Shown here piece after piece: positions 36,460 to 46,721 of a stretch of 64,000 bases of DNA (position 1 is the first letter of the stretch; every line of letters begins with the position of its first letter). The DNA comes from an uncultured Clostridia bacterium (lineage in GTDB: Bacteria > Bacillota > Clostridia > Christensenellales > Aristaeellaceae): positions 13,504 through 77,503 of the forward strand of contig CAMNDE010000006.1 in NCBI GenBank assembly GCA_946534895.1, given 5' to 3'. The notes under the pieces are model-generated. The model searched no databases, had not been told where the DNA came from, and worked only from the letters and a program-made list of their open reading frames with translations. A program made the position numbers and the translations under genes.

Positions 36460-36480
36460 CGCGTGTGGTTTGCGGTTTGT

Positions 36481-37392
36481 TCACTGTACGGTGTCTTCCG
36501 GGGCGTTTGCGCCCGGATTCCCGCGCTTGCCCTGCTCTGAAGTCCGGTAGGCGGTGGGACTGAGTCCGTAATACTTTTTGAAGGCTGCCGAGAAGACCAG
36601 CTGATCGCTGTATCCGGACCTGGAAGTGATTTCCTTGACGGAGAGGGATGTGTCCCGCAGAAAAGATGCGGCATGGCGCATGCGGCATGCGATGAGATAC
36701 TGCTGCGCGGAACGCTTCAGCTCTTTCTGGAAGGCGCGGTTCAGCGTGGTACGGGAAATGCCGATATGGCTGGCCACATCCTCCACGGTGATCGAGGAAT
36801 GCATGTACATTTCCTTGATATAGGCGCGACCGAGCTCGGCATAGAGGACGTCCGGTGATTCGGTTCTGGTGAATTCCAGACCGCCGCTGGTCTTTTCATA
36901 TTCTGCTGCCAGCAGGGAGAAAAGATGGATCATGCAGGCTTCCCGTGCCAGGGTGTCGGAGGCGGAGAGGGACCTGCGGCCGATGATGTTCTCGATGCAG
37001 GCCAGTACCTGATCGGTTTCCTTCAGGGGAAGCACCAGCTGATCCCGGGTGAATCCGCACTTGCGGAGGACGGTTTCTGCCCGTACGCCCTGAAACCCGA
37101 TCCAGGCATAGGACCACGGGTGATTGCTGTCCGAGCCGTATACGATGGGTTCACCCGGGCGGATGAGAAACATCTGTCCGGCATGAAGGGCGTGGGTCTT
37201 GTCCCGGGCGGAATAAAAGCCCGCTCCGGAGAGGACAAAATGAAGAATGTATTCTGTGCGCGGTACGGACACAATATGAAACGGCTTGCAGTCTTCTGTA
37301 CCCACATGAACCAGCGTCAGTTCCAGAGAAGGTTCCACCAGCCCTTCCAGAACACGGTAGGAACTGCTGGAGAAAAATGCTGCGTTTTTCAT
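36481..37392 (-). CDS. AraC-family transcriptional regulator (cupin sensor + HTH)
   Basis: Start MKNAAFF at 37392 follows GGGAGGAA. C-terminal HTH_18 (ISRTTLNRAFQKE...GYSDQLVFSAAFKKYYGLSPTAYR). Divergent from the alpha-galactoside genes. Confidence 0.85.
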   Translation of the reverse strand: MKNAAFFSSSSYRVLEGLVEPSLELTLVHVGTEDCKPFHIVSVPRTEYILHFVLSGAGFYSARDKTHALHAGQMFLIRPGEPIVYGSDSNHPWSYAWIGFQGVRAETVLRKCGFTRDQLVLPLKETDQVLACIENIIGRRSLSASDTLAREACMIHLFSLLAAEYEKTSGGLEFTRTESPDVLYAELGRAYIKEMYMHSSITVEDVASHIGISRTTLNRAFQKELKRSAQQYLIACRMRHAASFLRDTSLSVKEITSRSGYSDQLVFSAAFKKYYGLSPTAYRTSEQGKRGNPGANAPEDTVQ

Positions 37393-37461
37393 GATTCCTC
37401 CCAGCTGCTTCCCATGCAGCGCGGTATTCGTCTGAAACATTTTAACATATCAGAAGCGATT

Positions 37462-37473
37462 TGAACATGTTCA
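37462..37473. promoter_or_regulatory. perfect 12-bp palindrome TGAACATGTTCA in the divergent promoter region
   Basis: Read directly from the sequence, overlapping a TTGAAC -35-like hexamer with TATAAT at 37479-37484. Role unknown. Confidence 0.25.
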
Positions 37474-37559
37474 TATTCATATAATTTGGCTACGTCAGAA
37501 TATTTCAAATCTGGTAAGAATGGGACATAATCAGCACAACAAAGGGACGCGAGAGGGGC

Positions 37560-39221
37560 ATGAACGTGTTTGAAACCATCAAGCGTGCTCCGGATGCGGT
37601 AGAGGTCGAAAGCAGGGCCGCAGTCGGAAATGACATAGATCATGGAAAGTTCTGCCTGAAGGATGTCACGGTAGAGGCAAAGGCAGGAAAAGACGGACTG
37701 GAGATCAGTGTGGCGGCGGAGAAAACGCCGGTGAGCCGCGTAAGACTGCGCTGGCATTTTGGGGAAAAGCTGCGCGGCCGGGTGCTGGGAGATGCATGGG
37801 AGCGTGCCTATGCCGATCTGGAATGGGAAACCATTACACCCTGGCACACGCTGCCGTGGTACTGCCTGGTCAATGACGGCACAAGCACCGTGGGATACGG
37901 TGTAAAAACCCGGGCCGGGGCCATCTGCTCATGGCAGATCGATCCGGAAGGCGTCACCCTGAAGCTGGATGTGCGCTGCGGCGGGGACGGAGTGCTGCTG
38001 AACGGAAGAGTCCTGCATGCGGCCACGGTGGTTTCCGAGCTGTATGAAGACATGAGTGCCTTTGTGGCGGCCCAGGCGTTCTGCCGCAGGATGAATACGG
38101 ACCCGATTCTGCCGGAAAAGCCGGTTTACGGGGCCAACAACTGGTACTACGCCTACGGGCGCAGTTCCCGGGAAGACATCCTGAAGGATGCGGAGTATCT
38201 GGCAAAGCTCACGGAAGGCGTGGAGAACAGGCCGTACATGGTCATAGATGACGGCTGGCAGACCGGGCGTTATGACGCCCAGGGCTGCTACGAGAAGATC
38301 TACAACGGAGGCCCCTGGGTCCCGAATGACCGGTTCGGGGACATGCGGGAGCTGGCCCGGGAGATCAGTGAGCGCGGAGTGATCCCGGGTATCTGGGTCC
38401 GGCTGCTGCAGGATGATCTGAGCGGCCTGCCGGACACATGGAAGCTGCCTGCCGGCGGCCTGGATCCGTCAGTGCCCGGTGTGCTGGATCTGGTCCGGGA
38501 AACCGTGAAAACCATTGCAGACTGGGGCTATCGGCTGCTGAAGCATGATTTCAGTACCTTTGACATGGTGGGCCGCTGGGGCGGTGAGATGCCCGATGAG
38601 ATGGCCAAGGACGGCTGGCACTTTGCGGACCGCACGAGAACCACAGCGGAAATCATGGTCGGTCTGTACCGGACGATTTATGAGGCCGCAAAGCCTTCCG
38701 GCATGCTGATTCTCGGCTGCAACGCGGTGGGCCATCTGGGAGCGGGACTCATGCACATGAACCGCACCGGAGATGACACCAGCGGGCTCATGTGGGAGCG
38801 GACGCTGCGCTTCGGTGTCAATACGCTGGCCTTCCGGATGCCTCAGCACGGCGCGTTCTATGATACGGACGCGGACTGCATGGGCATTACCGGCGGGATT
38901 CCCTGGTCGTTCAACCGGCAGTGGGGCAGGCTGCTGAGCCTGAGCGGAACATCCATGTTCGTGTCGGTGAAGCCGGGTTCCCTGACGCCGGACGAGGAAC
39001 AGGAACTGTCCGAAATGCTTCGCGAAAACGCCCGGAGGCGTGCCCCGGCGGAACCGCTGGACTGGCAGGATACCGGGCTTCCCCAGGAATGGCTGCTGGA
39101 CGGTCAGAAGACAGATTTTCACTGGTATGAGCCCGCAGGACTCAGGATCGGCTGCGCGGGCGGGCCCGTGTGGGAACGCGTATGGCGGGAGGTTTCCGCC
39201 GTGCTGGATGCAAAGGAATGA
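37560..39221 (+). CDS. clan GH-D (alpha-galactosidase-like) glycoside hydrolase, family uncertain
   Basis: 553 aa. YMVIDDGWQ, YRLLKHDF (nucleophile-type KxD) and NRTGDDTS (acid/base-type) blocks resemble GH27/GH36 active-site strands. Confidence 0.7.
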   Translation: MNVFETIKRAPDAVEVESRAAVGNDIDHGKFCLKDVTVEAKAGKDGLEISVAAEKTPVSRVRLRWHFGEKLRGRVLGDAWERAYADLEWETITPWHTLPWYCLVNDGTSTVGYGVKTRAGAICSWQIDPEGVTLKLDVRCGGDGVLLNGRVLHAATVVSELYEDMSAFVAAQAFCRRMNTDPILPEKPVYGANNWYYAYGRSSREDILKDAEYLAKLTEGVENRPYMVIDDGWQTGRYDAQGCYEKIYNGGPWVPNDRFGDMRELAREISERGVIPGIWVRLLQDDLSGLPDTWKLPAGGLDPSVPGVLDLVRETVKTIADWGYRLLKHDFSTFDMVGRWGGEMPDEMAKDGWHFADRTRTTAEIMVGLYRTIYEAAKPSGMLILGCNAVGHLGAGLMHMNRTGDDTSGLMWERTLRFGVNTLAFRMPQHGAFYDTDADCMGITGGIPWSFNRQWGRLLSLSGTSMFVSVKPGSLTPDEEQELSEMLRENARRRAPAEPLDWQDTGLPQEWLLDGQKTDFHWYEPAGLRIGCAGGPVWERVWREVSAVLDAKE

Positions 39222-39264
39222 TTTGCCGTCAGGCAATTCATCATAGAAAAAGGAGGACAAAACC

Positions 39265-40869
39265 ATGAAAAAGATCGTAGCCCTGTTACTGTTCGCGGTT
39301 ATGATGACAACCGGTCTGGCTGCTTTCGCGGATCCTGCGGAAAACACCATGCCCATTGTTACCGACGGCAGCGTGAAGCTGTCGGTGTTCATGGCCATGG
39401 AAAGCGGTTCTGAGCAGGCCATGGCCACCTATGATGACCATCCGGCCATTCAGACCTGGGAGGAAGTCACCGGTATTGACTTCACCTTCATTCATCCGCC
39501 GGCGGGCGATGACGGCACCTATTTCAACACTCTGGTTGCTTCCGGTCAGTGGCCTGACATCTGGATCGGCACCGGATTCACCGATTACTATCCCGGCGGC
39601 GTGCCCCAGGCTGTGGCCGACGGCATCCTGATGAACCCCAATGAACTGGTGGACGCCTATGCTTCCAACTACATGAAGGTCCGCAACAGCTGGGACGAAG
39701 CCACCGTCCGCAACTTCACCACCGATGACGGCCTGTATCGCTTCGGCGCTGCCACCCAGGTGCCCCCTGTGGTGGACAAGCAGCACAGCGGTCTGGTCAT
39801 CCGCAAGGACTGGCTGGACAAGTGGGGACTGGAAGTTCCTGTGACCATCGAAGACTTCACCAACGTGCTGCGTGCTTTCAAGGAGCACGGCGTGGAAGTG
39901 CCCTTCGCCGGCATGAGGCTGGATAACTGGATGTGGGCCGGCAGCAACATGCTCAGCGCCTGCTTCGGCGTCATGAACGACTCCTTCCAGCTCAACGAAG
40001 ACGGCGCCACCGTGACCTATTCCGTCCTGGAGCCCGGCTACAAGGACTGGCTGAACCTGCTGCGCGGCTGGATGGCAGAAGGCCTGATCGACCGTGACAT
40101 GGTGAACCGCAATGATTCCGACGCCCAGGCCCTGTTCACCAGCGGCCGCGCCGGTGCCACCTTTGCCGGCAACTGGCAGACCCAGCAGATGAACGCCCTT
40201 GGCCAGGTCTCCGATCCTGAGTTCGATCTCATCGGCCTGACTTCCCTGAAGCCTGTGGACGATCCTGACTTTGTCAACGAGTTCGGCGATCCCATCTACA
40301 ATGGTTCCAACACCATGTGGTGGACCATCTCCACCACCTGCAAGTATCCGGAAGCCGCCATGCGCGCTCTGGACTACCTGTACAGCTATGACGGCATTGA
40401 ACTGATGGTTTTCGGTCCCAAGGAATGGAAGGGTGAAGTGATTCACTCTGTGGATGAGACCGGCATGCGCGTGTTCAGCGATTACATTCTCCACAACCCG
40501 AACGTACCCTACAACACCATCCGTTATCAGTACACCATCCAGAACCTGAGCTCCGAATACTGCGCTGACATGGAGATGCAGCAGTACAGCGCTCCTGTGA
40601 ACGCCCAGTGCTGGGATGCCTGGACCAAGGATCTGACCAACCGCCGCAGAGTGCCGGGTTCCATCACCCTGACCTCCGACGAGTCCATCACCCAGGTGAA
40701 CACCATGAACAATGTCCGCACCTATATCCGCGAGCACATCAACCTGATCGTGTGCGGAGACGAGGACATTGAGAACTGGGAGAAGGATGTCCAGTACGTC
40801 TATTCCTTCGGCATCGACGAAGTCATCGCCGTACAGCAGGCAGCCTTCAACCGCTACCTCGCCCGTTAA
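39265..40869 (+). CDS. ABC transporter extracellular solute-binding lipoprotein (large LplA-type)
   Basis: 534 aa, signal peptide, family-1 SBP features. RBS AAAGGAGGA. Confidence 0.9.
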   Translation: MKKIVALLLFAVMMTTGLAAFADPAENTMPIVTDGSVKLSVFMAMESGSEQAMATYDDHPAIQTWEEVTGIDFTFIHPPAGDDGTYFNTLVASGQWPDIWIGTGFTDYYPGGVPQAVADGILMNPNELVDAYASNYMKVRNSWDEATVRNFTTDDGLYRFGAATQVPPVVDKQHSGLVIRKDWLDKWGLEVPVTIEDFTNVLRAFKEHGVEVPFAGMRLDNWMWAGSNMLSACFGVMNDSFQLNEDGATVTYSVLEPGYKDWLNLLRGWMAEGLIDRDMVNRNDSDAQALFTSGRAGATFAGNWQTQQMNALGQVSDPEFDLIGLTSLKPVDDPDFVNEFGDPIYNGSNTMWWTISTTCKYPEAAMRALDYLYSYDGIELMVFGPKEWKGEVIHSVDETGMRVFSDYILHNPNVPYNTIRYQYTIQNLSSEYCADMEMQQYSAPVNAQCWDAWTKDLTNRRRVPGSITLTSDESITQVNTMNNVRTYIREHINLIVCGDEDIENWEKDVQYVYSFGIDEVIAVQQAAFNRYLAR

Positions 40870-40884
40870 TTCCTGATATAAACT

Positions 40885-40916
40885 GCAAGGGGCCTGGCGC
40901 CAGTCAGGCCCTTTGC
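40885..40916 (+). promoter_or_regulatory. intercistronic stem-loop after the SBP gene
   Basis: 12-bp stem GCAAGGGGCCTG/CAGGCCCTTTGC (1 mismatch). No U-tract. Confidence 0.45.
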
Positions 40917-40959
40917 AGGCCGGGGAACACGATTCCCAAAACGTAAGGAGTGAGAGCGC

Positions 40960-41898
40960 ATGACCACCCAGGTGAAATACAGGAAGGAGCCCTTCCGGAC
41001 ACGCCTGGTCCGAAACATCCGGCAGCATCCCTGGCTGTATGTGATGATCCTGCCGGCTGTTGCCTATTTCATTATTTTCCACTATCTGCCGATGTATGGC
41101 GTTGTGATCGCGTTTCAGGATTACCATCCGATCCGCGGAATCGCCAAGAGTTCCTGGGTTGGATTCAAGCACTTCAGCAATTTCCTGAACGGTCCGTTCT
41201 TCTGGCGCCTGCTGCGCAATACCCTGTCCATCAATATCGGACTCCTGCTGGTGGGCTTCCCGCTGCCCATCATCTTTGCCCTGATGCTCAATGAGTGCAA
41301 GTCGGGCAAGTTCAAGAAGACCGTGCAGACCCTGACGTACATGCCGCACTTTGTATCCTCCGTTGTTGTCTGCGGTCTGATGGTCATCTTCTGCCGCAGC
41401 GACGGCGTGCTGACCTATATCCTGTCATGGTTCGGATTGCCGCAGTCAAACCTTTTGACGTACAAGCAGTATTTCCAGCCGCTGTATATTGCCATGAACG
41501 TCTGGCAGGAACTGGGCTGGGACTCCATTATCTATTTCGCGGCCCTGGCCGGCGTGGACGCTTCCCTGTATGAAGCGGCCTATGTGGACGGCGCGGGACG
41601 CTGGCGTCAGATGCTGCACGTCACCATCCCCAGCATTCTGCCGACCATCGTGATCCTTCTGGTCATGCGTGTGGGCAACCTGCTGAGCCTTGGCTGGGAC
41701 CGTATCTTCCTGCTCTACAACGATATGGTCATGGAAACAGCAGACGTTATTTCCACCTATGTGTACCGTACAGGTATGGTACAGATGCAGTATTCCTTCG
41801 CATCTGCTGTAGGCCTGATGAACTCTCTGGTCAATGTGGTGCTGCTGATCGGCGCCAATGCCCTGAGCCGCAGGTTCACGGACAGCAGCCTTTGGTAA
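40960..41898 (+). CDS. sugar ABC transporter permease (LplB-type)
   Basis: 312 aa, 6 TM segments, with the EAA-loop YEAAYVDGAGRWRQMLHVTIP. Confidence 0.9.
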   Translation: MTTQVKYRKEPFRTRLVRNIRQHPWLYVMILPAVAYFIIFHYLPMYGVVIAFQDYHPIRGIAKSSWVGFKHFSNFLNGPFFWRLLRNTLSINIGLLLVGFPLPIIFALMLNECKSGKFKKTVQTLTYMPHFVSSVVVCGLMVIFCRSDGVLTYILSWFGLPQSNLLTYKQYFQPLYIAMNVWQELGWDSIIYFAALAGVDASLYEAAYVDGAGRWRQMLHVTIPSILPTIVILLVMRVGNLLSLGWDRIFLLYNDMVMETADVISTYVYRTGMVQMQYSFASAVGLMNSLVNVVLLIGANALSRRFTDSSLW

Positions 41899-41914
41899 GG
41901 AGGAGGGGAACAGA

Positions 41915-42808
41915 ATGGAAGTTATGAGACGACACAGGAGCCCCGGTGACTGGATTGCCGATTTCATCATTGTCACGGTGATGATTTTCCTTTCACTGAT
42001 CTGCGTGTATCCGATTCTTTTCACGCTGTTTGCATCCTTCAGCGATGCCAAGGCACTGCTGAACCGTACCGGACTGCTTTTCGCCCCGCTGCAGCCCTAT
42101 ACCCTGGAAGGCTACCGCCTGGCGTTCTCCAATGTGAAGCTGGCCAACAGTATCTGGAACACGCTGATCTACGTGATCGGCGGTACATGCCTGGGTACTG
42201 TGATCACGGCCATGGCGGCGTTCGTGCTTTCACGGAAGACCTTCCTGCTGCGCGGCTTCGTCATGAAGATGATCACGGTGACCATGTTCTTCAGCGGCGG
42301 CATTATCCCGCTGTTCATCATTGTCAAGGGCATCGGCATCTACAACACCCGCTGGGCGTTTCTGCTGCCATGGATCATCAGTGCGTACAACATGATCATC
42401 ATGCGCACCTTCTTTGAAGGCGTGCCCGCGGCTCTGGAGGAAGCGGCGTATCTGGACGGCGCGACCGACCTGCAGATCTTCTACAAGATTTATGTACCCC
42501 TGTCCAAGGCAGTCATTGCCGTGATTATCATGTATTACGGCGTGGCCTGGTGGAACAGCTGGTATCAGTCCCTGGTCTTCCAGCCGGACAACAAGCTGTG
42601 GCCCATGCAGATGATTCTCAGGGAAACCCTGATCAGCAATGACCGGTCCGCCACCATGGACGTGACCAGCATGGCTGAGGAATCCTATACCCGTGAACTG
42701 GTGAAGTACTGCACGGTGATCATTGCCACCGTCCCGATTCTCATTGTTTATCCCTTCGTGCAGAAGCACTTCGTCAAGGGTGCCATGATCGGTGCCGTGA
42801 AGGGCTGA
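41915..42808 (+). CDS. carbohydrate ABC transporter permease (LplC-type)
   Basis: 297 aa, with the EAA-loop EEAAYLDGATDLQIFYKIYVP. Confidence 0.9.
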   Translation: MEVMRRHRSPGDWIADFIIVTVMIFLSLICVYPILFTLFASFSDAKALLNRTGLLFAPLQPYTLEGYRLAFSNVKLANSIWNTLIYVIGGTCLGTVITAMAAFVLSRKTFLLRGFVMKMITVTMFFSGGIIPLFIIVKGIGIYNTRWAFLLPWIISAYNMIIMRTFFEGVPAALEEAAYLDGATDLQIFYKIYVPLSKAVIAVIIMYYGVAWWNSWYQSLVFQPDNKLWPMQMILRETLISNDRSATMDVTSMAEESYTRELVKYCTVIIATVPILIVYPFVQKHFVKGAMIGAVKG

Positions 42809-42843
42809 TGTCCGGCGACAATGTTTGAGAAGGAGGATTGCCT

Positions 42844-43974
42844 ATGCTTGTGAATCGACCGCCCATGGGCTGGAATACGTGGAACACATTCGGCCAGGAT
42901 ATATCGGACAGTCTGGTGCGTGAGAGCACGGATGCCTTTGTCAGCCTGGGCCTGAAGGATGCGGGATATGAGTATGTCGTGATTGACGACTGCTGGAGCA
43001 AAAAGCTCCGGAATCCTGAAACGGACCGTCTGGAGGCGGAACCGACCAAGTTCCCGGAAGGGATGAAGGCAGTCGCGGACTATGTCCATTCCAGAGGCCT
43101 CAAGTTCGGCATGTATTCCTGCGCCGGGCAGCGCACCTGTGCGGATTATCCGGGTTCCTTTGATCATGAGTTCCTGGACGCGGAAACCTTTGCATCCTGG
43201 GGCGTGGACTACCTGAAGTACGATTTCTGCTACAAGCCCGGCAATATTGACGGCGTGCTGCTTTACCGCCGCATGGGCATGGCCCTGCGGGCCAGCGGCC
43301 GGGACATCCTGTTCTCTGCCTGCAACTGGGGCAGCGATGACGTATGGAGCTGGATCCGCTCAGTGGGTGCGCACATGTACCGCTCCACCGGGGATATCTT
43401 TGACAATCCGGAATCCTACCGCGGCATTGCCCGGAGTCAGCTGCCCAAGCTGGGCACTTCCGCACCGCAGTGCTTCAATGATATGGACATGCTCACCGTG
43501 GGCATGTATGGAAAGGGCCTCGTGGGCACCACCGGGTGCAATGATGCGGATTACCGCAGTCAGTTTGCGCTCTGGTGCATGTCCAGCGCGCCTCTGATGC
43601 TCGGATGCGATATCCGGTCCATGAATGAAGAGACCCTGAAGCTGGTGACCAACCGGGATCTGATTCGCATTGATCAGGACCTGGAAGCCCGGCCGCCCAT
43701 TGTGGTGAATCATCCCTGGTTCGGCGACAGGATGCTGACCCTGATGAAGCATCTTGACGACGGAACCTATGCCCTGGGCTTCTTCAACATGGGCGAGGAT
43801 GATGCGGAAACCTATGCCACCTTCAGCGACTTCGGCCTGCCTGCCGGCGCCGGCTATGATGTGGCTGTGCGCGGCGTCCTGCACGAAGAAGAGGGCGTAA
43901 AGCGCGAATACATGCGCGTGCATGTGCCTGCCCATGACTGCCGTGTGTATCTGGCAGAACTGAAAAAAAGATGA
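42844..43974 (+). CDS. GH27 alpha-galactosidase
   Basis: [19 protein letters not shown] and DYLKYDFC motifs. The ATG at 42844 lies 7 nt after AGGAGG; the track TTG at 42838 was rejected. Confidence 0.9.
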   Translation: MLVNRPPMGWNTWNTFGQDISDSLVRESTDAFVSLGLKDAGYEYVVIDDCWSKKLRNPETDRLEAEPTKFPEGMKAVADYVHSRGLKFGMYSCAGQRTCADYPGSFDHEFLDAETFASWGVDYLKYDFCYKPGNIDGVLLYRRMGMALRASGRDILFSACNWGSDDVWSWIRSVGAHMYRSTGDIFDNPESYRGIARSQLPKLGTSAPQCFNDMDMLTVGMYGKGLVGTTGCNDADYRSQFALWCMSSAPLMLGCDIRSMNEETLKLVTNRDLIRIDQDLEARPPIVVNHPWFGDRMLTLMKHLDDGTYALGFFNMGEDDAETYATFSDFGLPAGAGYDVAVRGVLHEEEGVKREYMRVHVPAHDCRVYLAELKKR

Positions 43975-44159
43975 AGTGCGCTTCCTGCGGTACTGTGCTG
44001 ACCCGGGATGAAACAGGGCTTTCCCGGAAGCTGATCAGCCGGGCTGCGACGGAATGCTTCTGCCTGGACTGTCTGGGAAAGCGGTTCCGGGTTTCCCGGG
44101 AACAGCTTCTGGAGATGGCGGAACATTTCCGAAAGGCCGGGTGCACGCTCTTTGCCTGA
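43971..44159 (+). CDS. 62-aa Cys-rich (zinc-ribbon-like) protein, function unknown
   Basis: MKCASCG...CFCLDC...GC. ATGA overlap with the GH27 stop. Followed directly by a strong terminator. Confidence 0.55.
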   Translation: MKCASCGTVLTRDETGLSRKLISRAATECFCLDCLGKRFRVSREQLLEMAEHFRKAGCTLFA

Positions 44160-44168
44160 ATCAGAATC

Positions 44169-44206
44169 CAGCCGGGAAGGACATGCCTTCCCGGCTGTAG
44201 TTTTTT
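44169..44206 (+). terminator. intrinsic terminator
   Basis: Perfect 12-bp stem CAGCCGGGAAGG/CCTTCCCGGCTG with a 5-nt loop, then TAGTTTTTT. Confidence 0.8.
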
Positions 44207-44263
44207 CCATCCTGCGGGATGCATGAGGGCATCCATGACCGGACGATAAAGGAGCGATCAATC

Positions 44264-46480
44264 ATGAGCATTGTCTACAATGAGGAGCAGCGGATCTTTT
44301 CCCTGACCACGGCGCATCATCTCTATCAGATGCAGGTGGCGGAAGGCGGCGTCCTGCTCCACCTTTACTACGGCCCAATAACCGGAGCGGACATGAGCTA
44401 CCTGGTCCGCATGGCTGACCGGGGATTTTCCGGGAATCCGTATGAACAGAGAAGCAACCGCGGCTTTTCCCTGGATACGCTTCCCCAGGAATACGCCTGT
44501 TCGGGCGTGGGAGACTACCGGGCCCCGGCTGTGAGGGCCGTCAGCGAAAACGGCAGCCGCAGCACGGATCTGCGCTACCAGGGATACCGGACAGAAAAAA
44601 AGCGCGTGCCGCTGCCCGGGCTGCCCTTTGTCCGTGAAGCGGAGGACACGGAGACGCTTGTGATCACGATGAAGGATGAAGTGACCGGCCTGGAAGCCGA
44701 GCTTTTCTGGCATGTGTTCCCGTCCAGTGACGTGATTTCCCGGTCCGTCCGTCTGATCAATGCCGGCAGTGCGCCGATCACACTGGAAAAAGCGGCTTCC
44801 TTCAGTCTGGATTTTTCCTACGGACAGTATGATGTCATCCATTTCCACGGGCGCCACTGCATGGAGCGCACCGCTGAGCGGCTGCATCTGCCGCATACCC
44901 AGGTTTCCTTCGGGTCTGAGCGGGGCATGTCCAGCCATCATCACAATCCGTTTGTCATCCTCTGCGACCGCACGGCTTCGGAAAACCAGGGCGGGTGCTG
45001 GGGATTCATGCTCATGTATTCCGGCGGGCATCTGGAGGAGATAGAGGTCAGTCAGACGGGCAGTGTCCGGGTGGTGGCCGGGCTTCAGCCGGAAGGGTTC
45101 TCCTGGCGCCTGAATCCGGGCGAGGACTTTTATACGCCCGAGGCGATCCTGACATGCAGCAGTGAGGGACTGAACGGCCTGTCCCGCAATCTCCACCGGA
45201 TTATCCGCGAGCATGTCATTGATCCCAGATACAGTGCAGCCTATCGTCCCGTGCTGCTCAACAGCTGGGAGGCGGCCTATTTTCACTTCAATGCGGAGAA
45301 GCTCCTGCAGTTTGCCAGGAGTGCCAGCACCCTGGGCATGGAAATGCTGGTGCTGGATGACGGATGGTTCGGCAGCCGGGACAACGACCTGTCCGGTCTG
45401 GGCGACTGGGTCGTCAATGAAGGAAAGCTGGGCTGCTCCATGAAGGAGCTCTCGGAGCAGGTCCACGCACTCGGACTGAAGTTCGGGCTCTGGTTTGAGC
45501 CGGAAATGGTCAATGAGGACTCGGACCTGTTCAGGGCGCATCCGGACTGGGCGCTTTCCGATCCCGGCAGAAAGCCCACCATGGCGCGGAATCAGCTGGT
45601 GCTGGATATGTCCAGGCAGGAAGTGGTGGATTATCTGTTTGAGGCCATGTGCGATGTTCTGGATAAAGCGCGTATCGAATATGTGAAATGGGATTTCAAC
45701 CGCAGTATTGCCAACTGTTTTTCCCATGCTCTTCCGGCGGACAGGCAGGGCGAGGTGGCCCACCGGTTCATCCTGGGCACGTATCAGCTGCTGTCCCGGC
45801 TTCTTTCCCGGTATCCGGACCTGATGATTGAAGGTTGCTCGGGAGGCGGCGGGCGCTTCGATGCCGGCATGCTGTTCTACTGCCCCCAGATCTGGTGCTC
45901 CGATGACACGGATCCCATTGAACGCCTGGATATCCAGCGCGGAACTTCCTACGGCTATCCTGTCAGCACCATGGGTGCCCATGTCTCCGCCTCGCCGAAT
46001 CACCAGACGGGACGCAGCACACCGCTTCATACCCGGGGTGTCGTGGCACAGTCCGGAACCTTCGGCTATGAGATGAATGTCAATCACCTCACGGAGGAGG
46101 AGAAGCAGGAAATCCGCGGACAGATTACCGGTTACAGGCGGTTCGCGGAGCTCATTGCCCACGGCGATTACTACAGGCTCAATGAACTGGATGATATGGC
46201 AGAATGCTCGGCCTGGATGTTCGTATCCCCGGACAGGAAGGAAGCGCTGGTCAGCATGGTGATGACGCATCTGCGGGCCAATGGCCCCTTCCCGTGGTTC
46301 CGTCTTCAGGGGCTGATGCCGGATGGCGTGTATGCGCTTGAGGTTACGGATCCCCGGGGCACGGAGATGCAGAGCGCCGGCTGTGTTACGGGAGCCGCGC
46401 TGATGCAGGGCGGGTACGCGTTCCCGTATGCATGGGGCGACTACCGGGCCATGCAGCTCCACCTTACGCGTGTGAACTGA
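44264..46480 (+). CDS. GH36 alpha-galactosidase
   Basis: Start MSIVYNEEQRIF follows AAAGGAG. YVKWDFNR (nucleophile), CSGGGGRFD and WCSDDTD motifs. Confidence 0.9.
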   Translation: MSIVYNEEQRIFSLTTAHHLYQMQVAEGGVLLHLYYGPITGADMSYLVRMADRGFSGNPYEQRSNRGFSLDTLPQEYACSGVGDYRAPAVRAVSENGSRSTDLRYQGYRTEKKRVPLPGLPFVREAEDTETLVITMKDEVTGLEAELFWHVFPSSDVISRSVRLINAGSAPITLEKAASFSLDFSYGQYDVIHFHGRHCMERTAERLHLPHTQVSFGSERGMSSHHHNPFVILCDRTASENQGGCWGFMLMYSGGHLEEIEVSQTGSVRVVAGLQPEGFSWRLNPGEDFYTPEAILTCSSEGLNGLSRNLHRIIREHVIDPRYSAAYRPVLLNSWEAAYFHFNAEKLLQFARSASTLGMEMLVLDDGWFGSRDNDLSGLGDWVVNEGKLGCSMKELSEQVHALGLKFGLWFEPEMVNEDSDLFRAHPDWALSDPGRKPTMARNQLVLDMSRQEVVDYLFEAMCDVLDKARIEYVKWDFNRSIANCFSHALPADRQGEVAHRFILGTYQLLSRLLSRYPDLMIEGCSGGGGRFDAGMLFYCPQIWCSDDTDPIERLDIQRGTSYGYPVSTMGAHVSASPNHQTGRSTPLHTRGVVAQSGTFGYEMNVNHLTEEEKQEIRGQITGYRRFAELIAHGDYYRLNELDDMAECSAWMFVSPDRKEALVSMVMTHLRANGPFPWFRLQGLMPDGVYALEVTDPRGTEMQSAGCVTGAALMQGGYAFPYAWGDYRAMQLHLTRVN

Positions 46481-46532
46481 TGCGTATGAAATGGTCCTGC
46501 TCTGCGCCATTGCGTGAAAGAACGATATAGGG

Positions 46533-46582
46533 AACGGCCCGGCGGTCCTTCCGGAAACGGAAAGACTGCCGGGCCGTTTTCC
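46533..46582 (+). terminator. intrinsic terminator after GH36
   Basis: Stem AACGGCCCGGC(46533-46543)/GCCGGGCCGTT(46568-46578) with a structured loop, then TTTTCC. Confidence 0.55.
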
Positions 46583-46693
46583 AATATGCGTGTCTCAGGG
46601 GGTGAACCAGGGGGGACGGTTTCAGGCGGCAGCGGCCTTGGGGAACTGTCGGACAGGGAGAAAAATAATTTTGGTTAAATTGACAATTAATAG

Positions 46694-46721
46694 TTGACAG
46701 CAGATGCAAAAGCAGTAAAAT
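46694..46721 (+). promoter_or_regulatory. promoter TTGACA-16-TAAAAT
   Basis: TTGACA at 46694-46699 and TAAAAT at 46716-46721, in an AT-rich block upstream of the NrtR-like gene. Confidence 0.5.
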
